This document shows, piece by piece, positions 39,801-51,800 of a stretch of 64,000 nucleotides of DNA. The position numbers and the translations under genes are program-made. This DNA is from Raja brachyura (taxonomy: Eukaryota). The DNA lies in assembly GCA_963514005.1 (NCBI GenBank), contig OY740796.1:20832001-20896000 (forward strand), read 5' to 3'. The first letter of the stretch is position 1; each line of letters starts with the position of its first letter. The notes under the pieces were generated by a model. It saw nothing but the letters and a program-made list of their open reading frames with translations. It made no database searches and was not told where the DNA came from.

Positions 39801-42800
39801 TTAGTCCTCCCCTATAGGAGATCATAAAGGAGATGGAAAATTGGGAGGAAGGGGAGAGGAATAAGAGAGCTTGTAAGAAGCTTTACAATGAGGGAAAAAA
39901 AGTAGCTGGGGGAGGTATTTTAAGGAGAGCATTCCAGATAAGAAAAACTTACGAAATAAATAATCAGTAAATCAATTATGGAATTGCTGGAATTTTTGTT
40001 GTTGTTGCTGTCATTATGCACTGAAGTTTATTTTGTTCATTACATCTATGTATATAACAACAGTACTTAAAATCCATTGACTCCCTAAAATGGCCATGGT
40101 ACTTAGTGTTCTAACACAATTTACTCTATTGGTGAAAATGTACAATTAGACTAGTCAAGAGAATCAAGAGTGTTTTCTTGCTGTATGTCCTGAAATGGAG
40201 CAACAAAACTATTAATGTGGGAACACAACAGATATATAAACATAGTACTTTGAACACAATTGGGCACAAAGCAGCTACATTAAATAGAAAGATCTAGCTT
40301 GGACACAAAGGATAGAGGCCTTTTTTAATTCGGTGAGATTCCCTGACAATAGGACATTTAAAAATGAAAAATCTTTCCTTATCCCTTATCAGTTCATCTT
40401 ACCGTTTCTGAGTTGACATTCAGATGGATATCTTTTGTTGAACTCATGGAATGTGTAATCTGGGCAAGCACTTCTCGGAAAGGAATAATGTAATTATATA
40501 ACAACAGCCACTCCCCCTACAGATAAGAAAACTGGTTACTCTTCCAGAAAAAGAAAAAAAAATCAATGTTAAACAAACAATGGTCTTAAAATTAACGACT
40601 CTGGATTCATCTTGCTCAACTATCTCTCCTTACACTTTCAACCTTCTTGCTTTCCATTGTAAAAAAAAAATATTGAAACAGTTAAACTTTATTGAACCTA
40701 AGGTGAATCCATGATGATCCGGTCCTTCATTTATTGTGTCATACAGAATGGAAACAGATCCTTCGGCCCAACTTGCCTATACCGACCGAGCTACCCCATT
40801 TACACTGTTTGCACCTGCCCACGTTTGGCCCATATCCTTCTGCACCTTTCCTGCCCACGTACTTGTACAAATGTCTTTTAACTGTTATTTATTGGCAAGT
40901 ACAATCTCTCATAGATTACTTAATTGCACCACTCAAAACAAAAAAGCTTCAAAGCCTTCATGGGCACAGTCTTTTGGCGATTTTTATGTAGGTTGAAAAA
41001 TCCTGATGCTGGTCATGCACACTGTGAATCTCCACCATTCTGGGAATGCTCTTGAGAATATTAAGTTTGGAAGCAACCCTGTGTCTCAATGTGCATTTGC
41101 TCCACTCCCACCACATCATGAGTTAACATATGCATGTTAACATGGGCAAATGTCATAAACCATAGGAATAGAATTTGGCCATTTGGCCCATCGAGTCTGC
41201 TCCGCCATTCGATCATGGCTGATCTATTTTCCCCTCTCATCTCCATTTTCGTGCCTTCCCCCCCGTACTAATCAAGAACCTATCATTGTCTGCTTTAAAA
41301 AATACCCAATGACGGCCTCCACTGCCATCTGTGGCAATGAATTCCACAGATTCACCACCTTCTGACTAAAGAAATTATTCCTCATCTTCATTTTAAAGGT
41401 ACATTGTGGGTTAAGAAACAAGTTATCATAAGCAAGTCCTGACCCTTTTTTGCAACAATCTTTGTTCTTAACTGCAATGCCACCTATTAATCCTCATAAC
41501 AACAGAACAAGTCTCATTAGTTATAGAGATTTTGTACCTCTTCCCGGAGTACAGGAAAATTCAACTGGGATATTTCTGGGAAACGTGGGTACAATCCTGA
41601 AAATAAGACAAAGAAAATCTATTTCACTATGGTCATCTTTGGGGAATCTGTGTGTTCAGATTGAAAGGGGTGAAGCATGTTACAGGAAAATTCTACAATA
41701 TGCTAGCATCTAAAGCCAAACAGTATTGTATTTCATTTTGGCACCACTCTATCCTAAGTGACGCCCTGAATATCTCCACGTGATCTTAATTTTTCTGAAC
41801 TTTGCTGTTATCCCAGCATCTGAGGTGATGAGTAAAGGGCAGGAGGAAGGATTATAAAAATGGCTAGGGTTAATTTGTCTCCAATCAGTCTGAAGAAGGG
41901 TCCAGACCTGAAATGTCACATATCCATGTTCTCCAGAGATGTTTGAGGTTTGTGTACCTACTTGTTGCCAACAGAACTTATCCAATATTTGCAGTAGACC
42001 ATAAGCTGATGATCAGCGAATCAATTCAGTTGTGTACCTCAGTAATACTGACAACTTGTCACCCGGTAATACCTTTAAGGTGAGAGGGACAAAGATTAGA
42101 GTTGAGAGTGGAGAAATCGGCACAAGATCTGCCAGAGTTCCGGAGAGGAGAGGAGATGGGCTGGGAAGCAAGGGGGGGGGGGGGGGGTGGGAAGGGGGCT
42201 GTCCGTAGGCTAGTTACCTAAATTAGGCAAATTCAATTTTTATACCGTTGGGTTGCAATCAGTCTGAAGAAGGACACCGACTCGTAACGTCACCTAAACA
42301 TGTTCTCCGGAGATGCTGCCTGACCTGCTGAGTTACTCCAATAGTTTATGTCTTTCTCTGGGAATCAGGCATTTGCAGTTCCTTGTTATTATATAATTCA
42401 ATTTAGATTTCTTAGCTCAAGTCTCCGGCTGTAATGGTGGCGATGGTGGTGCAGTGGTAGAGTTGCTGCCTTCGTGCCAGAGACCTGGGATCGATCCTGA
42501 CTATGGGTGCTGTCTGTACGGAGTTTGTATGTTATCCCCATGACCATGTGGGTTTTTTCCTAGGTGCTCCGGTTTCCTTCAACATTCCAAAGACGTGCAG
42601 GTTTGTAGATTAATTGGTTTCAGTAAAAATTGTAAGATTGTCCCTGGTGTATAGGATAGTGCTGGTGTAACGGGATGTTAAAGATGTAAACACTCGACAT
42701 ACAGGATTGAACCCAGGTCTCTCGTGCTTTGAAGCAATACTACCAGCTGCACCACTGTGCCACCCATCACATTATTATCACATTGTAAATTCAGCAAAAC

Positions 42801-45800
42801 CAATGGTGTAACTTTCTCTACTGTGCTTGGAGTTTCAGCTGTTGATGGTTTTCACTACGTCAATATTTCTTAATGCTATAGACATCCAGGGATGCGTGGA
42901 GAAAATGATCATGGTAGAATAGGCCAAAGGGCTGAGTGGCCTACTCTTGCTCCCATTGTCTATGTTTCAATGTTTCAGATCTTCAATGTTTCTATGTTTC
43001 AGGTCTATCCCCTGCAAACATACTATCTGAAAATTCAGTTTCCAAGTCAACCAACGATGGAGAATAGTAAGATTAAACGAGAACTTACCAGTTTGAAGTT
43101 TGATCTTTATTTTATGAGGAGTTGCGATGAGGGATTTCGTGACTTCGTGAAGAACCCGCCAGCACGCATGCGCGACATACTTCAAAGCCGCGGTGTGGAA
43201 TCACAGAAAAACAAAGCCAAGAAATGACTTGTTATAGTAAGATTAAAGAGACTCTAGTTACCAGTTGACTTTATGATCGAGGGTTGGGAGCGGAGGGCAC
43301 GAAATCCCTCATCGCAACTCCTCATAAAATAAAGATCAAACTTCAAACTGGTAAGTTCTCGTTTAATCTTACTATTTCATTTCGGAGTCACGTGAGTGAC
43401 TTCGTGAAGACTTCAAAGCTTCTGTGATTTCACGCCCTGGACAACGTCCATGCTATCACACACGCTACTGAAAAGGTGGACAGCAGTAATCAATTTCCGT
43501 CACTGTTTCTCTGAAAAAATAATAATATTTATTAATAACAACAAGAAAGGACCCCTCACTGAGGGGGAACTGTATGTTCTCGGCCTGCATCCAGCACGGC
43601 TCCTGCGAACATTCCAGGTACGGTGACGGGTTTATTGTAAAACCGTTGAAAAGTGGCTTCACTGGCCCATCCCGCTGTGGCAAGTATCTGGTCCATGGGC
43701 ACCTCCATGGCCTTTGCCGCCGATGTTGATGCTGCCCTGGTGGAATGGGATTTAAAAACATCAGTGTCAATACCTGCTTTGTTCAAGACGATCCTGAGCC
43801 ATCGGGATATCGTCTGCACCGTCACTCTATGGTGAGGTTTTTTGTGACTGATGAACAGGTATTGCTCCATTCCCCTTATTTTCCTCGTCACTTTGATATA
43901 GTGGCGGATATGGGTGGCTATGCATAGCCTAGCATCAGCGGGGTATGCTGGAAACTCCAGCTGCAGCCCTGTAAATCCAGGTCTATGCTGCTTGAGCAAT
44001 TCATCAATGAAGAAAGTGACCCGTTCAGGGGTAGAGATCATTCTGTCGATCTTGGCCTTGTGAAGCGTTTGCACCCTTTGTGCTGAAGTAAGTGCCATCA
44101 ACATCACCACCTTCAGGGTGAGTTTGTCCAATTCGAGCCCCGTCATGGGTGACCATGTTCTCAGCAGGGTCAGCACTTTGCCAATATCCCATGTGACGTT
44201 GTAACGGGGCCTCGGCGGGTTGGAATTAAATATCCCCCGCATAAGTTTGGAGACCAATTTATTGGATCCTACCTCAATATTGAGGTAAGACGAGAGCGCA
44301 CTCCTGGCGCTATTGATGGCACTATAGCTGAGATGTTGATCATGGTGTAGCCCCGCAAGAAATTCCAGCACATCTGTGATGGAGACGGAGTCATATGCAA
44401 CGTCCATGCGGCCACAATAGGATTCCCATTTCCTGATGTACGATAAGTACTGCCGCCTTGAGGACTCCCTGCATGATGCTCCCATGGTATCCATTGTCCT
44501 TGAAGATAGACCATACTGAAGTAGTGGCCTGTTCAGATCCTGCAAGCCAATAGATTCAAATGACTATGGCAGGGGTGTGGTTCCCCTGTGGCAGGGTTCG
44601 TCACCAATTGTGGGCAACCCTCCAAGAGGACCCATGGTTGACTTATCATTCCAAGGACCACCGGATACCATGATTGCGTAGGCCAGTCGGGTATAATGAG
44701 GATGCCCTTGGCAGCATCGAGCTGGATTTTCCGCAATACCCGACTGATGAGGCAGAATGGAGGAAAGGCATAGAAGAACCATTTCCCCCAGTCTAGCGAG
44801 AATGCGTCCATCGCCATTGCCCCAGGATCTGGCTCCCATGATACGTATGTTGGTACCTGATGGTTCAACCGTGACGCAAAAAGGTCAATATCCGGTTTAC
44901 CAAATTTGGCTGTAATTTTGGTGAATATTTGGGGGTTCAACATCCACTCGATGTTGTCATTGAACTTCCGTGACCTGGTGTCCGCCACTGTATTGAGCTC
45001 ACCTGGCAAGTAGGTAGCTGAGATCCAAATATTCCGTTGAATACACCAGAGCCAAATTGTGTTTGCCAATTCATTGCATGAAATTGACCTGGTACCGCCC
45101 ATATGATTCAGATAAGCCACCGCAGTGGTATTGTCTATTTGGAGACGGACATGAGTGTTAGTCATGTTTGAACAATAGGCTCTTAGTCCGTGGAATGCTC
45201 CTAGCATCTCCAAATAGTTTATCCCTTGTGCTAACAAGAAAGTAGCTTCAAGTGAATCCCATCTACCTCCACAACTGTTATTGTTGTCCGTAGCTCCCCA
45301 GCCATGGGAGCTTGCATCTGTTTGCAAGTATACCATTGGACGAGGCACAATGATGGGTTTAAATGAGTTATGGATATTGCCAATCCACCATAGTAACTCA
45401 AGTTTTGCCTCAACCGGCAACTGCATGGGTCTATCATAATGTCCAGCATTTAGTTTTAATGCTGTTATTTTTGACCTTTGTAAATTCTGATAGTGTAAAG
45501 GTCCATATTGAGCAGCTGGAAATACTGCTACAATTTTGCCAATTACCCTGGCAGTTAATCTGATAGACGGTATACTGGCGCAGACCAGGTTCTTGCATGC
45601 TTGAAACACATCACCAACTTTGTTAGTTGGGATGGTGGTGATCATGCGATTGGAGTCTATTGTGAACCCCAAGTAGTCCATGATCTGTGCGGGGAGGAAC
45701 TTTGATTTGTCTGGATGGATTATAAACCCCATTTGTTGAAAAATTTCCACTGTGGCTGAAACCGCCAACTCTGCGGATTCCAGAGTGTGCCCAATTATCA

Positions 45801-48800
45801 GAATGTCATCCAAATAGGCCATGACCGTATGATTTTGTCTCCGCAGTGTAGATAACACTGGCTTGAGTAGTTTGGTGAACAGTCTGGGGGCTGTAGTAAG
45901 CCCATTGGGCAATGCTTTGTATTGCCAAAGCTGATCCATCCAGGTAAACTTCAAGAACTTCCTATGATGTTTCCGAATGGATACTGAATAGTATGCATCT
46001 TTTAAATCAATGCATGCCATGAAGCAGCCCTCCGAAATCAAAGATTTGGCTGTTTCAAATGTGTCCATTTTGAAATGGGTGTATTTTACAAAGGTATTCA
46101 AGTGAGTTAAATCTATAATGACCCGGCATCCACCGTCTTTTTTAGTTTTAGTAAATATATTAGACACAAATTCAACTGGTTCATGTGTGGTTCGTTCTAT
46201 CACACCTTTGTCTTGTAAACTCAAGATTTCAGCATAGCCTTCTGCCAATTCTTTTTTGGAAAGTGCAAATTTGCGATTCGGCATATGCTGGGGTGGAGGC
46301 AATTGGCCATGAATAAACTCAATTTCATAACCCTGAATACTTTGCAAGATAAACTCATCTGAAGTGATGGTTTCCCAAGCCTCCTTAAATCCCCGTAATC
46401 TGCCCCCAATTCGTGAGGTTAGACATGCAAGTGCATGGAACCCAGACCCCCTTACCTTCATGGTTATCGGCGGTCCCTGGGATTTTTGGTGGGACGTGGA
46501 GGTGCTGGGTTTCGTGGTTGGTGCGGAATCCGCATCTTCCATGCTGGCCGCTGAGGGCCTAGCCCTAAAAAAGGCCTGGGCTGATGAGGCTGTTGATATT
46601 GAGGAGGTGCCGGAACGTAGGTCCTTGTTGGCCTGTCGGTCTGACCTCGTGGCCTGAAGTAAGGTGTCTTCTTGGCCGAAGGTCTGGCCACAAAATGTGG
46701 TCTCATCAGACCTATGGTTTTCGCATGGTCATCGAGCTCTTTGACCTGCTTTGGGAGGTCTTCCCCGAACAGCTGTCTAGGTGGGGGGGTAGGAGGTGCT
46801 CTGCATAGTCCCGCAAATTTGGGATTCAAGGAAGGTTTGATAATGCTCTTCCGGAAAGCGTTGATCTCGTACTGCGTATTGCAGAGCAGAGCTAGAGCAT
46901 CCTCCTGTTCGGTGCTTAGATCAACCCCATCTACCGACTTTGCAAAAGCGGTGATCCCAGACGTAAGTAGTTTTAAAATCCTCTGCAGTTTCACTTCCTG
47001 CGCTCTGATGCCCGGGCTGATATTACCCCAGATTGGCATGTTCACAATCGGCACGTGGAGTGAATTGCAGTTCCCTGGAGCCTTGTGTCTCTCCATGGCC
47101 TTCGCAAGGACCTCCTCCTGCAATTGATGGTTGGTAAGATAATCTATGGTTGCGGCCAGTTTGATGTTGAGGGGTTGTCCTGATGATACGGGTAACCCGA
47201 ATTTGGCTGCCACATCCAGCAGATCTTCCTGAGGGACCTCAGGTGCTGCTGGGGCATGTACCAGGATATCCTCCTCATCTGGTCTTATGTTGTCCATAGA
47301 TGGGGACGGGGATATATCCATGAGTCCCCTGGAGCTGTGTGTGTCCTGTTTCTGATTGAGTAGAACTTGCTCCAATATCCTCTCCATACGATCCAAGCGC
47401 CCTTCATCGGGCGGGTGTGGGAGGTAAGAGGCCTCGTGCCCGAAGGAACTCCTGAGGCTTCGATCATCAGTCCGTACCTCGTCGAGGTAATATCGGTACT
47501 GTGATGATGTGTCGCTACCAGCCGCCTCGGCGAAGCTGAGCGATTCCCGCGCGGACCTGCTCGAGCGCCTCCTCTTCGCTGAGCTGGACCCGGCTGCCTC
47601 AAAGGGCATGGGTGGGGAGAGGTCGGCACCTGACGCCGCAGCGTGGTGACCCGACGTCCGCACGGGCTTGCCGACTGTCCTAAATCTGGACCCAGACGGC
47701 GTACGGTCCCGACCTGCCCCCAGCGGGGGAAGCGGTGACCTAGGCGAGGCTCCACCCTTATGACTCCTCCTGGTCCCTCTGGGTGGTGAGTCGACACTGG
47801 CCCTTCTTGGTCTGCCAGTGGACTCGGGCCTGCCTGATTCACCAGACCACTTCCTAGTGGCTCCTGGTGAGACCTCAACCCGCGAAGGGCTAGGTAGTGG
47901 AATTGTATCCCTGCCTCCTTCAAGAGGGCTCAGGGAGAAGGGCCGTGCATCAGCACGCGAATCCCTTTTGCTGGTCTCTGCAAACGACCCAGTGGGTGAG
48001 AGAGAGATGGAGTCAGGATGCACCTGCTCCGGCGCTGTACCGACTGATTGTTCTGCAGGCACCCCGCTAGGGCATAGCTGCGTCGGTAAACCGGATCCTG
48101 TGAATACAGGGCTCCCCGGCTTGCGCGCCTTTTTCCCGGCCCGTCCTCCTGCCATGGAGGGGGGCTCCGGGTTGGGTTGCCGACAACTCCTTGTAGAAGT
48201 TTTACGGCCTTTATTTTTCTTGCTGTCCATGTCTCTGTGGAAGAAAACACAATTACTTACACAGAACAACCAACTCAAGGTTGTTAGTACTTACCTGAGT
48301 GGCCCTTATGAAGGGCTGGTGATGAGCCGCGCTCCTCTCCAGCCGTCGACTGCAATGCGAGCGACGATATGTCGCGCATGCGTGCTGGCGGGTTCTTCAC
48401 GAAGTCACTCACGTGACTCCGAAATGAAATAATAGTCTGCTGTCAGATTAACAATTCCTGCATTTTTAAATAGCTGAGGTTTGAAACGGGTCCAATTTCG
48501 AATTATCAATCTGTGTTAGTGGTGATGAGAGCAATCAGCCTCAGAGTTCGACAGGCCACAAATCAACATGAGTCTAAAACCTGGAATCACCCCCCCCCCC
48601 CCCCCCCCCCCCCGTTGAAACATGCAGCCGTTCCTCATTCAATGAGAAATGGCAGGCCTAAGTTTGGTAGCTTGCAACCCAACAGTATGAACATCGAGTA
48701 GAAATAAAGGATTGCAGATGTTGGTTTGTACCAACTCTTCTTCAGCCAGACGGAAGGGTCCTGACCTTAAACATCATCCATCCTTTTTCCTCGGAGATGC

Positions 48801-51800
48801 TGCTTGACCTGCGGAGTTACTCCAGCACTTTTTGTCTTTCTTTAGTATGAACATCGAATTCTCCAATTTTAGGTAAACACCCATTTCTCTTCCCTGTTCC
48901 CCACCTGGATGCAGAAGGGTCTTGAGCTGAAATGTCGTCTGCCCTGCCTGGAACGGGTACCCCTGATAAAAGAGCGTGGACTGGACTCTGAAAACGGTGC
49001 CAAAACATGGTGCCTCTTGCACGCGGGATCAGTAGACAATTTCTGTACACTAATTCTCTAATTGGGAACATGCTCAAGTATGGCAATACTCTACTGGACT
49101 GTATGTGAAAAAATAATTTCTCTGTGGGCTTGCACTTTAAACATGTGACAATAAATGCACTATTGAAGCATGATCCGCTGAATTAGCCCAGCAGTTTATT
49201 TTTTCACTCAAGAATCCAGCATCTGCAGTTTCAAAGGGCTCCAACTTAATAGGAACAGGTATCCATAGAAGAAAATTAACACGTGGCCTCCAAGTAATAA
49301 TAAAACACTGATGTTACCTTTCTCCACGGAATTGTTGAAATGATCGAACAGTGTTGCAAGCCTTGCACAGTTGTACATTACAAATGCGCCACTCCTCGTT
49401 CCTTTGGTCGAGATATTGACACCTTGTGCCAAGTCCAAATTCAGCTAAAATTCCCGGATTGGGGGGGTTTGGGAAAGAAACATAGGGTGAAATTTTATTT
49501 TCCAAACCTGATATCTGGCAGTTTCTCAGCCTCAGTCGATTTGTAATCAAAGAGTTCCTCCAGTGATATAATTTGTTTTAAAAGGAAAATCAAATGGATG
49601 ATATTCTGCTGAAGCAAAATAACCCAGTGATGCAATTGGTAGTGCCAGTGATCCGGGTTCAATCCTGACCTCGGGTGTTGTCTGCGTGTGGAATTTGCAT
49701 GTTCTCCCTGTGACCACGTGGGTTTACTCCGGATGCTTTGGTTTCTGCCCACATCCCAAAGACCCGTGTGTTTCTGGGTGAATTGGCCTTTGTAAAATCG
49801 CCCCTCGTCTGGAAGTAGTGGATGCAAAAGTGACATAATAAAGAACTAGCGTGAACAGGTGATCGATGATCAGTGTGGACTGGGTGGGCAGTGGGGTTTG
49901 TTTTCATGCTGTATCTTTCAACCAATCAATAACCACGGGAATAATGCAGGGAAATACTAGTCACTGACCACCCTGTTGAAAAGTTTACATCATTATGCAA
50001 AAGGACTGGGATGTGGAAAATGGACATCCAGCTCATCTACCCTTCTGTCTGAAGGTCCCAAACCAAAACATTTCAGTTTCAGGGTTGGCGCGGTGATTCA
50101 TCGGTAGAGCTGCTGCATTACAGCATCAGACGTTCTCACTGTGACAGCGAAGATTTTTTCTGGATGCTCGTTTTCATCCCACACTCCACAAAAACATTAA
50201 TTGGCTTCAGTAAAAGTATAAATTGTCCCTAGTGTGTAGGATAGTGCTAGTGTATGGGGCGATTGCTGGTCGGTGCGCTCTTGGTGGGCCGATGGGCCTG
50301 TTTCTATGCTGTAGCTCTAAAGTCGTCTGTCAATTCCCTCCGCACACCGCTGAGTTCCTCCAGCGCTTTATGTTTTCAGTATCTGCAGTTTCATGTGTCT
50401 ACTACATTTTTTTGCCAGTCTCTACTTTTGCTCCAGTCAGAATACATTGATTACTTACAGGATTGCGGTGTGAAGTTGACAGTAGTTCAAACTTGATAAC
50501 AGCTGAGGTCATGTTATTGATGATTTCAGCCCATGAATCACCTAGGAAAAAACGTCATCAAAACGACATCATAATTGTTCATACACAGTAAAAAAAAATT
50601 GCAGTAAACAATTCAATATTGAATTCTCCAATTAACTCAGCCTTTCTTTGTGTCAGAAATAGCCATTTCTGCCAGTCATCATTTTGTTTATTTGCTCTCT
50701 TTCTAATAGCAGTCTGGCCTGCCGATCCAGTGCTATAGGAATGCACAAACTAGCCACGGCATTGTGTGCCTTTACGAACTACATTAACCCGTTTGGTAGC
50801 ACTCCCTTTGTTCAACCCATTCCTCTCGCACCTTCTCTGCTACGGAAAACAAACTTGCTTTTTCTCTTGTAGAAACAAAGAACCCCAGATGCTGGTTTAT
50901 ACCAAAGATTGACACAAAATGCTGGAGTAACTCAAGTGGGTCAGGCAGCATCTCTGGGGGAAAAAGTATAGGCGATGTTTCGGGTCAGGACCCTATTCCA
51001 GTCTGAAGAAGGGTCCCGACCTGAAACGTCACCTATTCATTTTCTCCAGAGATGCTGCCTGATCCGCGGAGTTACCCCACCCCAGTGCTTTTCTATTCCC
51101 CAGTTCTGCTGAAGGTTCCCAGATCTGAAACATTATTTGTGTCTATTTCCAGCAGATGCTACCTGACCTGCTGAGGATTTCCAACATTTTCTGTTTTTAT
51201 TTCAGATTTTTTTTGATTTTGATACAAATTTTCCAACTTTCGACAAACAGCAAAATAGCAAGCCTTCAGACTCACTATCTGAACTCCTTTGCCACCTTGG
51301 GTAGTGGTGGAATTTTGGCTGGAGGTCTACAACCATCATCTGCATCAGATTGTACCTGGAAGGCCCGTGCACAATAGTCCAGGGTGATGTTTGTTATGCC
51401 ACATCGAGGATTGCTACAAAATCTAGTGATTTCATTTAGCAATGTAATTAAACCAAAGAAACGACACAAGGTGTTGGAGTAACTCAACAGGTCAGGCAAC
51501 ATTTCTGAAGAACATGTACAGGTTCTTATGGCAAAACGTCACGTATCCATGTTCACCGGAGATGCTGCCTGCCCTGCTGAGTTACTCCAGCACTTCGTCT
51601 ATATTTTTGAAAACCAGCATCCGCTGTTCCTTGTTTCTCCTTATTAAACTAAATCCTACCTTTCCTTCCAACTGGATTTAAAAGCCACTATGACAATTAT
51701 TAACAGCATTCCGATGAACATTTACCTCAAGACATTTACCTCAGAGCACAATCTCAGTACCTTTTTTATGCAACGATCAACTGTGGAAAAATGTTTAGCT

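Larger units (their letters stand above)
43063..48430 (-). mobile_element. Full-length DIRS1-type tyrosine-recombinase retrotransposon (5368 bp) in DALRD3 intron 9
   Basis: Three open overlapping ORFs (gag-like, RT/RH/MT, YR). 41-bp ITRs at 48368-48408 and 43139-43179. ICR 43298-43410 is complementary to both termini. ATT at both junctions. Confidence 0.95.

Noticed and set aside
43556-44545. Phage integrase or bacterial contamination
   Set aside because: The recombinase is embedded in canonical DIRS architecture within a spliceosomal intron.
47818-48432. 204-aa + strand ORF antisense to DIRS gag
   Set aside because: Low-complexity shadow of the GC-rich gag region with no motif support.
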